Below, one piece after another: positions 47,643 through 60,434 of a stretch of 64,000 nucleotides of DNA (position 1 is its first letter; each line of letters starts with the position of its first letter). This DNA comes from Octopus sinensis. Lineage: Eukaryota. The notes under the pieces were generated by a model. It made no database searches, was not told the origin of the DNA, and saw nothing but the letters and a program-made list of their open reading frames with translations. The stretch covers positions 8,432,001-8,496,000 of the forward strand of contig NC_043021.1 of assembly GCF_006345805.1 (NCBI RefSeq). The letters are read 5' to 3'. Made by a program: the position numbers and the translations under genes.

Positions 47643-48680
47643 GGGCCAGTCAGGCGGTACTGGCAACTGCCACGCTCAAATGGTGTTCTTTATGTGCCAC
47701 CTACACAAGGGCCAGTCAGGCGGTACTGGCAACTGCCACGCTCAAATGGTGTTCTTTATGTGCCACCTACACAAGGGCCAGTCAGGCGGTACTGGCAACT
47801 GCCACGCTCAAATGGTGTTCTTTATGTGCCACCTACACAAGGGCCAGTCAGGCGGTACTGGCAACTGCCACGCTCAAATGGTGTTCTTTATGTGCCACCT
47901 ACACAAGGGCCAGTCAGGCGCTACTGGCAACTGCCACGCTCAAATGGTGTTCTTTATGTGCCACCTACACAAGGGCCAGTCAGGCGGTACTGGCAACTGC
48001 CACGCTCAAATGGTGTTCTTTATGTGCCACCTACACAAGGGCCAGTCAGGCGCTACTGGCAACTGCCACGCTCAAATGGTGTTCTTTATGTGCCACCTAC
48101 ACAAGGGCCAGTCAGGCGCTACTGGCAACTGCCACGCTCAAATGGTGTTCTTTATGTGCCACCTACACAAGGGCCAGTCAGGCGCTACTGGCAACTGCCA
48201 CGCTCAAATGGTGTTCTTTATGTGCCACCTACACAAGGGCCAGTCAGGCGCTACTGGCAACTGCCACGCTCAAATGGTGTTCTTTATGTGCCACCTACAC
48301 AAGGGCCAGTCAGGCGCTACTGGCAACTGCCACGCTCAATGGTGTTCTTTATGTGCCACTACACAAGGGCCAGTCAGGCGGTACTGGCAACTGCCACGCT
48401 CAAATGGTGTGTTCTTTATGTGCCACTACACAAGGGCCAGTCAGGCGTACTGGCAACTGCCACGCTCAAATGGTGTCTTTATGTGCCACCTACACAGGGC
48501 CAGTCAGGCGTACTGGCAACTGCCATGCTCAAATGGTGTTCTTTACGTGTCACCTACACAAGGGCCAGTCAGGCGGTACTGGCAACTGCCACGCTCAAAT
48601 GGTGCTCTTTATGTGCCACCTACACAAGGGCCAGTCAGGCGGTACTGGCAACTGCCACGCTCAAATGTTTTTTCACGTGC
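47643..48680. repeat. 66-bp tandem array (about 15-16 units) inside an RTE 3'UTR-derived element
   Basis: Unit gggccagtcaggcggtactggcaactgccacgctcaaatggtgttctttatgtgccacctacacaa (47643, 47709, ...). The same unit occurs once or twice in family D copies at about 24180 and 61320. Confidence 0.97.
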
Positions 48681-49014
48681 CAGTAAGGCGACACTGGTAA
48701 CGATCACACTCAAATGGTGCTTTTTATGTGCCACCAGCACAGAAGCTAGTCAGCTGCTCTGGCAACGATCACGCATGGATTGTTCTCTTAGCGCTCCACT
48801 AGCACGGATGCCAGTCATCGAATTTGATGTTAATGTAAATGTGACAACGTTTCCCTCTTCTTATGAAATAGGTTCTACAAGACTAACATGGATGCATCCA
48901 GTTCAGGTCAGTGCATTCAGTGACCAGTTAGTCGCAGCTTACTCCCACCCACAAAATACCTTGCATCTACGGGATTCAAGCCTCTTCTCCTTATCTCCTC
49001 AAAGACATACATCA

Positions 49015-49495
49015 TCTCGAAAGAGTCCAGAAGCTGGCTACCTGCATGGTTCTTGGTCTCAAGCATTTGTCTTATGAAGAAAGGCTGAAGACGCTTGACC
49101 TTTATTCTCTAGAAAAACGATGACGCCGTGGTGATCTCATTCTTGCTCACAACATCATAAGCGGAAAGTGTAACTTCTCGAAAGAGCTGTTCTTCACTCC
49201 TGCTCCAGAGCGTCGGCTGCAGGGTCACTCTGAAAAGCTCTATCTGTGACGATTTCATCTCAATCGAAGGAGAGGAGCTTTCTCCGTCCGGGTTGCGGAT
49301 CCGTGGAATAAGCTGCTGGACGAGATAGTGAAGATGCTGACAACCGCTCGGTTCAAAGTCTCTCTTGACCAGAAATGGCCTGAACTCTTTGCATGAACAC
49401 CCTCCCTGTACATAACTCCATGTCCCCCTACATGGCCTTGCTTTTTGCTTTTTGAGCCAGAAAATTAACTTAACTTAACTTAACTTAACTTACTG
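49015..49495 (+). mobile_element. CR1-type LINE 3' end with (TAACT)n tail
   Basis: RVQKLAT...YEERLKTLDLYSLEKR*RRGDLI...RRGAFSVRVADPWNKL...FKVSLD, then 3'UTR and a pentanucleotide tail. Confidence 0.9.
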
Positions 49496-50232
49496 TAATT
49501 TACCTTTAGTTTTCTTACAGGTAAAGTCTCTCACTTATGATATTTGTCATTAGTCATGTTGGCTTAATCCCTCTTCACTTTGTTCCCTACACCCACATGT
49601 TAAATCTCTCGGTCTTACAACACCTATCTCAAGTCATGTTACCTTAATCTATAACACCTCCATGTCGTACATGTGTGTAGATTTATGGCAGCGAGCTGGC
49701 ACGATGATTAGCACACCAGACAAAATTCTTTGCTTTATTTCTTTTGTGTTTACATTCCAAGTTCAAAAGCCACTGAGGTCAACCTTACCTTTCAGCCTTT
49801 CAGAGTTGATAAAATAGGTACCAGTGGAGAACTGGGGTTGAAGTGACTGACTAGTTCCCTTCTTGTAAAATTACTGGCTTTGTGCTAACATTAGAAAGAT
49901 TCCCAGAATAAATCTCTTAACCCTTTCGATACCAACCCGGCTGAAACTACCTCTGGCTCTGTAGTTTTGAATTAAAATCTTTCACCAAACCTTAATCACA
50001 ATTTACATTCTTAATCATAGCTTAATGATATTCTCTTTACTCTTTACTCTTTTACTTGTTTCAATCATTTGACTGCGGCCATGCTGGAGCACTGCCTTTA
50101 GTCGAGCAAATCGACCCTAGAACTTATTCTTTGCAAGCCCAGTACTAGTCCTATCGGTCTCTTTTGCGAACCGCTAAGTTATGGGGACGTAAACACACCA
50201 GCATCGGTTGCCAAGCGATGCTGGGGGGATAA

Positions 50233-50284
<52 letters not shown>

Positions 50285-52420
50285 ACACACATATACATAT
50301 ATGTGTGTATTTACGTCAGTTTCCGTCTACCAAATCCACTCACAAGGCCTGGTTGGCCCGAGGCTATAGCAGAAGACACTTGCCCAAGGTGCCACGCAGT
50401 GGGACTGAACCCGGAACCATGTGGTTTGTAAGCAAGCTACTTACCACACAGCCACTCCTACACCTAAGAAATGATAACTAAGTTATTTTACTAAATTCTT
50501 TGTTGTATTTAAAATTAATTGAAAGCATCTCAAAATAGATCTGGGAATGGAAAGGTTAATATGTGTTACTATTCGCAATTTACGTTCCTTTAATCTGAGA
50601 AATCATTATGTCATAACTCATTAGTGACATTGCAATCTGCATACCTAAAGTCATATGCCTTAATCATACACACACTTAAGTAATGTATCATTGTAAGATA
50701 ATATATATATTTCTTTACTGCCCACAAGGGGCTAAACATAGAGGGGACAAACAAGGACAGACAAAGTGATTAAGTCGATTACATTGAGCCCAGTGTTGCT
50801 AACTGGTACTTTATTTATCGACCCCGAAAGGATGAAAGGCAAAGTCGACCTCAATAATATATAATCATTCACGACATCATATGTGCGGGGTGGTCACCAG
50901 GAAGTGGGTGGGGCTGATATAAGCTGATGGAGAATGTGAGTGTTTATGATTGATCGCGTCACTTTTTCAAGGGGCCAGAAGGGTGGAAGATGGGTTGGCA
51001 GTTGGTAAAGGTTTTTTGTTTGTTCCTTCTCGAGCCATGCCTGGCTCATAAGGGCTGGTTTCCCGGTTTCCTTGGCGTATAGGTTCCCAACCTGGACGGG
51101 AATAATAATAACAATAATAATAATAATAATAATTTATTTCTTTATTGCCCACAGGGGGCTAAACATAGAGGGGACGAGCAAGGACAGACAAACGGATTAA
51201 GTCAATTACATCGACCCCAGTGCGTAACTGGTACTTAATTTATCGACCCCGAAAGGATGAAAGGCAAAGTCGACCTCAGCGGAATTTGAACTCAGAACAT
51301 AACGGCAGACGGAATACCACTGAGCATTTCGCCCGGCGTACTAACGATTAATAATAATAATGAGAGAGAGAGAGAGAGATATTGCTACGAAAGACATCAA
51401 AAAAAAATTGCGGACGATATTTACGATTGCGCGACTATGCGGTGATTTCTGTGAAGAATTATTTGTTCCACAAAGAACCAGGACCTCAAATTCCAAACTG
51501 CGAATAAGCAGGGGCACTCTGTATATATTTTATTTCATTATATTATGTTATATTATGTTTGTTCCTTCTCGAGCCATGCCTGGCTCATAAGGGCCGGTTT
51601 CCCGGCTTCCTTGGTGTATAGGTTCCCCACCTGGACGGGACACCGGTCTGTCGCAGGTGAGCTGCAAGATGCAGGAGGAAAGAGTGAGAGAAAGTTGTGG
51701 CGAAAGAGTCAGCAGAAGTTCACCATTACCTTCTGCTGGAGCCGCATGATGCTTAGGTGTTTTCGCTCATAAACATACACGCATCGCCCGGTCTGAGAAT
51801 CGAACCCGCGATCCCTCGACTGTGAGTCCGTTGCTCTAACCACTAGGCCATGTGCCTCCACTAGTTGGTAGGGTGCGGAGAGGTTACCTTTCATGCATAC
51901 ATGGGCAAGAAAGGGTCCACGGAGTGAGAGGGAGAGGTAGTGAAGAAGGGAAAGAGATGTGCCACTAATGGGTTTTAGGTGTGACGCCAGCAGTTTCTAG
52001 GTGTGTCACAAATGAGATAGTCCTGTATAGCCAGTGACAGATTAAAGAGAAGGATCAAGATTTAGATAAAGTAATTGTTGTTTAACTTATCAGGAGAGTT
52101 GTTTACTTATGTGTGGCGATGGGTGGGTGTCGGTGAATATCTGTCTTAAATATACACATGACGTATGTGTGTATGTGTGTGTACATGCCTGTAACTATTC
52201 GGGTGTATGTAGTTTTATATATGTATGCTTGATCCATATATATATGTATACTGATTTCAGTCATCTGACTGTGGCCATGCTGGAGTACCACCTTTAGTTG
52301 AGCAGATTGACCCCAGTATTTTTTTGTTAAACAAGGTACTTATTCTATTGATCTCTTAGTGACGTAAGTACACCAATATTAGTTGTGAAGTGGTGACAGG
52401 TGACAAAGACAGACAGACAG

Positions 52421-52452
<32 letters not shown>

Positions 52453-53919
52453 GATGGGCTTCCTTCAGATTTTTCAGTCGCTCAAATTGACTCGAGTCTT
52501 TGGTCGGCTTGTGACTATAGTAGAAGACATTTGCCCAAGGTGCCACGCAGTGGATTTGAACCTACTACAGAAACTGAAAGAGACCGATAGAATAAGTACT
52601 GGGCTTACCAAAAGAATAAGTCCCGGGGTCGACTTGCTCGATTAAAGGCGGTGATCCAGCATGACCGCAGTCAAAATGACTGAAACAAGGAAAAAGGAAA
52701 AAGAAAGAAATTAATCAGGTAAAGGCAGAATTTTCCAGTTCATCAAACGGGCCCCTTGGGCAAGTTTTACTTATAATGAGAGTTATTTACTTATCTGTGG
52801 TGTTAGGTGGGTGTTGGTTAATCTCTGTCTTAAATATATACATTACGTGTGTGTGTGCACGTATGTGTGTGTATGTGTGTGACTATGCAGATATATGGAG
52901 TTTCGTATATGTATGTTTGCTTTATCCATGTCACAAATATTAGAAAGTTATCCTTATTTATCCACCTTGTTCCCTCATCATTAGCTGTCACACATCTCTC
53001 TCATATCACTAGTTTTTACACAACCGTTAAAAGTCATAAGTTGTTAACCCTTTCAATTAAGTGCTGGGGGGTGCAATGTAAAATTTCCTCAGAATAATTC
53101 CTCAAGATTCCACCAAGAACATGCAAAAATAGTTTACTTTAGAGATTCTGCGCTTTTTAGAATAACATGAAAAAATTTCAGTTTTTTTTTTTTTAACGTT
53201 GGAAAATCTAAGAAATAAGCATGGACATGACTCTGTGTGGTAAGAAGCTTGCTTCCCAACTGTGTGATTGAGGGTTCAGCCCCTCTGCACAGAACCTTAG
53301 TCAAGTGTCTTCTTTTATAACTGCAGGTTGACTAAAGCCTTGTGAGTGGATTTGGTAGACGGAGACTGTAAGAAGTCCATTGTGCATGTTGAACATTAAA
53401 TGATTATGATAACGATGATGATGATATGTGTGGGTGTGTGTGTGTGCATCTATTCATGTGTATGCATGTGTGTGTGTGTCTTTGTGTTTGTGTTTTTCCT
53501 CCACTTCTGTTGGTTTGTTTATGTTCCCATAACTTAGCAGTTTGGCAAAAAGAAACAGAGATTAAATACCAGACATAAAAAAATATATACTGGGGCCGAT
53601 TCGTTTGACTAAACCCTTCAAGGCAGTGTTCCAGTGTGGTCGCAATCCCAAAACTGAAACAAGTAAACAACAGAATACAAAAGACAAATCCACCCTAGCA
53701 AATTTAATTAAAATGTTTTTAAACCATTACATTACCTATGCATAGTGCAGGTCTGGCTGTGTGGTAAGAAGCTTGCTTCCCAACCATATGGCTGCAGGTT
53801 CACTCCCACTGCATGGCACGTTGGGTGTCTTCTATAGTCTCGGGCCTTCACGGCGGTGCCCCAGCATGACTGCAGTCAAATGACTGAAACAAGTTAAAGG
53901 TAAAAGGTAGTACTTACTT

Positions 53920-54070
53920 TTAAGAAACACACAAAAGCCGTTCGATTCACTTCAACATTTATGTTTAATTTGTCAAAATATTTTCATCGCTTTAAGACCG
54001 CGACGAAAATATTTTGACAAATTAAACTTAAATGTTGAAGTGAATCGAACGGCTTTTGTGTGTTTCTTAA
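53920..54070. repeat. Near-perfect palindrome, 71-bp arms with a 9-nt loop
   Basis: 53920-53990 pairs with 54000-54070 with two mismatches; loop tttaagacc. Confidence 0.95.
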
Positions 54071-54417
54071 ATGGCTTACAAACACCTTCCACGCTGCAAT
54101 TGTTTTTGTTTCAGCACACGATCTCAGATCAAATCACTTGCTATGCAAGTACATCTCTGTAAGTACTTACTTTGCTGCTTACATATCATGCAGAACATGT
54201 CCCTGGGTATTCCCTCCCTCGTTAGTCATTCTGCTATGTCAATCTAGATAAAGCCCTATATCTCATTTACCTTATTTATTAACCTTTAATCATAATATGA
54301 AAATATATGAAATTATAATCACAATATTTGACCGTTTAATCACAATGCTTGAATCACAGCAGTTCTTAGCCATCTTTTTTGTTTTTCTTTTCAGAAATTC
54401 CACCAGATTGAAGAGAA

Positions 54418-54586
54418 ATGCGGACAAACTTCTCTTTCTCAGGGTGTGGCTTCCTGGGAATTTACCATGTTGGAGTTGCCACTTGCATCAAAGAACATGC
54501 GCCGGAAATGTTTGAAGACTGCAGAATTGCAGGAGCAAGTGCTGGGTGCTTTATGGCTTGCTGTCTCCTTTCAGGATGTTCCTTGG
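54418..54586 (+). CDS. PNPLA2: Patatin-like phospholipase / triglyceride lipase (PNPLA2/ATGL, brummer-like), first coding exon
   Basis: [56 protein letters not shown](G): GCGFLG oxyanion loop and GASAG nucleophile motif. Acceptor ttttcag ends at 54394 (5'UTR 54395-54417). Phase-1 donor G|GTATGG is at the position conserved in PNPLA2. Exact paralogue is uncertain. Confidence 0.9.
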
Positions 54587-54965
54587 GTATGGCGGCGCCT
54601 TATGTAGATATTCATGTACAAGCAGTCTCACACAAAATACATTCTCTCACACACACGTATAGATAGATACACATAACATACACATGCACATCCACACACA
54701 CAAGCTCTCACACTCATACACACACACTCTCTCTCTCTCTCATACACACACACATGCGCTCTCAAACACATACATACTCACACACACACACTCACATTTA
54801 CACACACACATACCTACCCTCATGCATACATACATACTTAGGTGTTTTCACTCAATAAACACACACATCACCCAGTCTGGGAATTGAAACCGCGATCCTC
54901 CGACCACGAGTCCGCTGCCCTAATCATTGGGCCATTGCGCCTCCATATATATATATATGTAAATA

Positions 54966-54996
<31 letters not shown>

Positions 54997-55029
54997 CTGT
55001 TGAAGAGCGTAGGCTCGAAACGTAAAAGA
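54997..55029 (+). ncRNA. Minimal hammerhead-like motif, A6U core variant (5' strand of stem I lost)
   Basis: CTGTTGA-A-GAGC/GTAG/GCTC-GAAAC-GTA-AAAGA, preceded by an (AT)n tract instead of TCTTT. Confidence 0.5.
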
Positions 55030-55171
55030 CTTGTTCTATTTCTATTTCTGAGCGCCATACTAATACATTTGTTTGTTGGTACTCTACCTGCCTTCGTCTT
55101 TTGTTTATTTTCGTAAACCTTCCCGTTATATATATATATTTATACACACACACACAGACATGCAGAAACTA

Positions 55172-55206
<35 letters not shown>

Positions 55207-55210
<4 letters not shown>

Positions 55211-55785
55211 GACATGCAGGAAGTAAATAGACACCTTTAATTTTCAAAATTTTTATTTGATATTAATTGGTTGAAGGCGAGGTTTCCTTTTAGCTGTTTG
55301 TCCATAATACCCAAGCTTATGCAGATATATAACCCACGTTCTTGGACTAACATCTAGCTGTTTTGCAATGTCAGAAGCCTTTGAATGGGGTTCGTTTTCC
55401 CCAATTCTCTTCAAACATTGAAGCTTCCTTTCCGAGGGCCCAGGTCGGCTGGGACGAGAATCTGTTGATTCTTTTCCTTGGCTTTTCAATTGCACTATAA
55501 TTCTATTAACAGTAGCAAGAGGAATTTGAAGATTTTCAGCAATTTTTCGCTGTCTAAGACCAGCCTCAGATTGACAAACAATACAACCTCTTTGAAAATC
55601 TGACAGTTCTGCTGAATTTTTTGTGCGTGGCATGGTTACTCTTCGCAAATGTTTAATATAATGGCTCCTGCATTCAAAATAAAAATAATTACATTGTAAA
55701 TTCTACACCACTGAAAACATATTAAGACGCTCAGATCAGAAATTTTGAAAATTAAAGGTGTCTATTTACTTCCTGCATGTCTGTG
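55207..55785 (-). mobile_element. Internally deleted Tc1 element with perfect 46-bp TIRs
   Basis: TIRs 55207-55252 and 55740-55785, TA at 55786-55787. ORF 55633-55253 ([16 protein letters not shown]...HTH...KRKPRL) is the transposase N-terminus only. Confidence 0.92.
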
Positions 55786-55790
55786 TATAC

Positions 55791-55870
<80 letters not shown>

Positions 55871-55920
55871 CTGTGTATACATATGTATATATATATATAT
55901 ATATACATATGTATACACAG

Positions 55921-55969
<49 letters not shown>

Positions 55970-56265
55970 CGTGTGTGTATATATATGTATAATGGTGCCA
56001 TGGAAAAAGCACTTGGTCCACTCTGCTCTGTGTAGTAGGGTTTGGTGTTAGGAAGGGCATCCAGATGTAAAAACCTTGTTTAAACATTGAGTGAAGCCTG
56101 GTGCAGTTTTCTGCGTAGCCAGCCCCTGTCAAACCATCAAACCCATACCAGCATAGAAAACGGATGTTAAATGATGATGATGATATATATTGTTATATTC
56201 GGGGACGGTCATTTTGCCAATGAACACACGTACTGTTTATTTGATTTTCACTTTAGCTTTATTAT

Positions 56266-56308
<43 letters not shown>

Positions 56309-56417
56309 ATTTGCTTATTCACCTGTAGGCTGTGATTTACCTTGCTCTTTGAGGGAGTCATCTCAGTTGCACTACTTAGCAGCCTGCTGGCAAACAATGT
56401 CTTGTAAATAATATATA

Positions 56418-56509
<92 letters not shown>

Positions 56510-57660
56510 CACAGTTGTGGCTGTGTGGTTAAGATGTTTGCTTTTTGACCACAAGGATTCAGGTTCAGTCCCACTGCATGCTATTGCCCTCTGCTGACCA
56601 AAGCCTTGTGAATGGATCTGATGGATGCAAACTGCAAAAAGCCTGTCGTGTGTATGTGCGTGTGTTCGTGCATGTGTGTGTTTCTGTGTGTGTGTGGATG
56701 TATGTGCGTATAGGTGTGTACGTTAAGTGTATGTAGGTGTGTAAATGAGTCCATGTGCGTGTGTGTGTATGTGCATGTGTGTGCATATGAGGGTGTATGT
56801 ATGTGTGTGTATTTATGTGCATGTGTAGATGTGTATGCAGGTGTATGAGTGTATGTGTGTGTGTGTTTGTGTGTGTTTGTGAAAGTAAGTTATCTAAATT
56901 CCATATCAATGGAATCAACCTTCAACATTCAACGAGTTTCACGATATTTGATAAATATTTTGACATATATTGCCATGGTGATTTTGGGGATAGGGTACGG
57001 TAGGGATGACTTGCATATCCACGTCAGTACACAGTTTAAGTGTATTCAAGCATACATACATACATACATGCATACATATACCTACTTACATACATGCATA
57101 CATATATACATACATACCTCCATATATACAGACCTACATACATACATACATAAATACATACATTCAAACATATATATATGCATACATACATACATACATA
57201 CATACATCATACATGCATATATACATTCATGCATACATACCGACATATATATACCTACCTACATACATATATATACGTACATATATACATTCATACATAC
57301 ATATATGCATGCATACATAACATACATACTTATATACATACCAACATGCATACATTTAAACATACATATATGCATATGTATGTACCTAAATACATACATT
57401 CATACATACATACTGACATACATATATATATATACCTACCTACATACATACCTACAAACATACATACATACATACATACATACATACATACATACATACA
57501 TGCAAACATAGGTGCATACATACATACATACATCATACATACATACATACATACATACATATAAACATACATACATATGCACATACATATATGCATTCAT
57601 AACCTAAAATATGTTCTTGTTTAGTGTTAACATTCTATGTGGATGATAGTGGTGATGTTA

Positions 57661-57714
<54 letters not shown>

Positions 57715-57924
57715 CATGATGGTGGTAGTTTTGGTGGCGGCGGTGGTAGCTGCGGTTGTGGTGCTGGTGGCTATGTGAGGATTGAAGTGATTATGGTGTG
57801 TTGGTGGTGGTGGTCATGAATGTAGTGGCAGTTACATTGCACATTCCAGTTGTTTTCGTCATTGTTTAACATTGTTGAGGCTGATGGTATTGTAAACAGT
57901 TTTATGGTCTTTATATACTTCTAT

Positions 57925-58126
<202 letters not shown>

Positions 58127-58619
58127 ACACACATCAAACAATTAACATGTGGCTACAGACATGGAAACCTCCATCCATCCACCCATCCATCCATCCATCC
58201 ATCCATTTTTGCCACCCACTATTCCTGGCAGGTGGAGGCACATGGCCTAGTGGTTAGGGCAGTGGACTCGCGGTCGAATGCACAGCACCCCAGCAATCAT
58301 TTTCCTGTATTCGTCATCATCGTTTAACATCCATATTCCATGCATTCATGAGTAGGATGGTTGACAGGAACCGGCCAGGTAGAAAAGCTACCCTAGGCTA
58401 CTGTGTCTCCCCTGTCAAAACGGACTCAGTAGCCTACGGTAGTTTTTCAACCTGGCCTGTTCCTGTCGACCATCCTACCCATGCATGTACGGAATATGGA
58501 TGTTAAACGATGATGATGAGCCTCGTACCTATCCAACTTTCTCCTCTGACACATAAATGATTTCTCTTCTACCTAGTTTTTCTCTTAGCATATTTGTACT
58601 TTGCAGATATGCAGCTATT

Positions 58620-58900
58620 TTGAAAGTACCTCACAGAGTGATGACCATGCTCTGTGTAGTTAAGGGTGGGCTGCCCTTTGGTAAGGCTTAGCACCTGTTC
58701 AGCCACCCTTGTCAGGGATACCACAATGTCAGGACTGTAGCATGGTGGATTGTGAAGAGGTAGCAGAAGGGCTCAGCTTATCCAACAGTGCTTCTTACAT
58801 TGACGCTGAGCAGAGGAATCTCAGAAGATCAATGGTAAGGATCGGCAAGTTCTATCAATGGAGTAACTGCGACACATCCATAGAGGTGGCATCCATGGTT
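58620..58900 (-). pseudogene. Possible LINE endonuclease N-terminal remnant
   Basis: Broken frames LLSVNVRS... and PDIVVS... resemble the start of LINE APE domains. Weak. Confidence 0.35.
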
Positions 58901-60394
58901 GTGTAATCAACTCATAAAAGATTCACATAGGTGCAGGAGTTTCTTCCCAACCACATGGTTCTGGGCTCAGTTCCACTGCATGATACCTTGGGCAAATCTC
59001 TTCTACTATAGCCTTGGGCCGACCAGAGCCTTGTGAGTGAATTTGGTAGACGGAAACTGAAAGAAGCCCGTTGTATATATATATATATCATCATCATCAT
59101 CATCATCATTTAGCATCCACTTTCCATGCTAGCATGGGTTGGACGGTTCAACTGGGGTCTGGGAAGCCAGAAGGCTGCACCAGGCCCAGTCTGATCTGGC
59201 AATGTTTCTACAGCTGGATACCCTTCCTAATGCCAACCACTCCATGAGTGTAGTGGGTGCTTTTTACGTGCCACCGGCACATGTATGTATGTATGTATAG
59301 GCACAGGAGTTGCTGTATAATAAGTAGCTTGCTTACCAACTACATGGTTCTGGGTTCAGCCCACTCACAAGGCTTTGGTCAGTCTGAGACTATAGTAGAA
59401 GACACTTGCCCAAGGTGCTATGCAGTGGGACTGAACCCGGAACCATGTGGTTGGTAAGCAAGCTACTTACCACACAGCCACTCCTGTGCCTCCGAAGGAG
59501 AAAGCTTTTTTTTTTTTTGGCAGCTGAAGTAATAACTCTTTGAACTTCTTCCAACCAGTTCTTACTTTGTTTATTACACTTTCAAACCAGCAACCTCCAC
59601 TGCTAATTATTTCCTTTATGTAATAGAAGCTACCAACTGCTTCTACTGATCCAAGGAGAATCTATTTCTGGCATGCTCTTTAGAAATATTACCAAATACG
59701 TTTGCCAAACCAAAACCTTTCTTTGCTTGTCTGTGATTCAACTATACCTCGTATGCATCCATACCTGACACAGGATACAAAATATGGAATTTCTACCTAC
59801 TTCTTTTCTGCATATCAAACAAAACCATATTCTTTCCTACTCTAGGCACAAGGCCCGAAAATTTTGGGAAGGGATTAAGTCGATTAAATCAACTCCAGTA
59901 CGCAACTGGTACCTAATTTCTCGACATCGAAAGGATGAAAGGCAAAGTCGACCTTGGCAGAATTTGAACTCAGACAACAAGACAACAAGCTAGCAGAATC
60001 GTTAACATTCCAGTCAAAATGCATAGCGGCATTTTGTCCATTTTTTACATTCTGACTTCAAATTCTGCAGAGGACGACTTTGCTTTCATCCTTTCAGGAT
60101 GGTTCCAGGGGGATCATTTTAAACAACTTAGCCTCTTCTCAGAAATTGCTGGCCTCGTGTCAAAATTTCAAAACCAACATATACTCTTTTACTTGTTTCA
60201 GTCATTTGACTGCGGCCATGCTGGAGCACCACCTTTAATCGAGCAACTCGACCCCGGGACTTATTCTTTTGTAAGCCCCGTACTTATTCTATCGGTCTCT
60301 TTTGCCGAACCGCTAAGTAACGGGGACATAAACACACCAGCATCGGTTGTCAAGCAATGCTAGGGGGACAAACACAGACACACAAACACACACA

Positions 60395-60434
<40 letters not shown>

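Noticed and set aside
47614-49077. 487-, 360- and 330-aa ORFs, or a CRISPR-like array
   Set aside because: A 66-bp tandem repeat without unique spacers, derived from an RTE 3'UTR. There are no cas genes and the context is eukaryotic.
49467-49492. (TAACT)n resembling a telomeric repeat
   Set aside because: Sits exactly at the 3' end of a CR1 LINE and is its microsatellite tail.
50880-50945. ETS/GC-box/TATA-like cluster with a GTGAGT donor as the PNPLA2 first exon
   Set aside because: The TATA-like element is too close to the donor to leave an exon, and the motifs are short; not supportable without transcript data.
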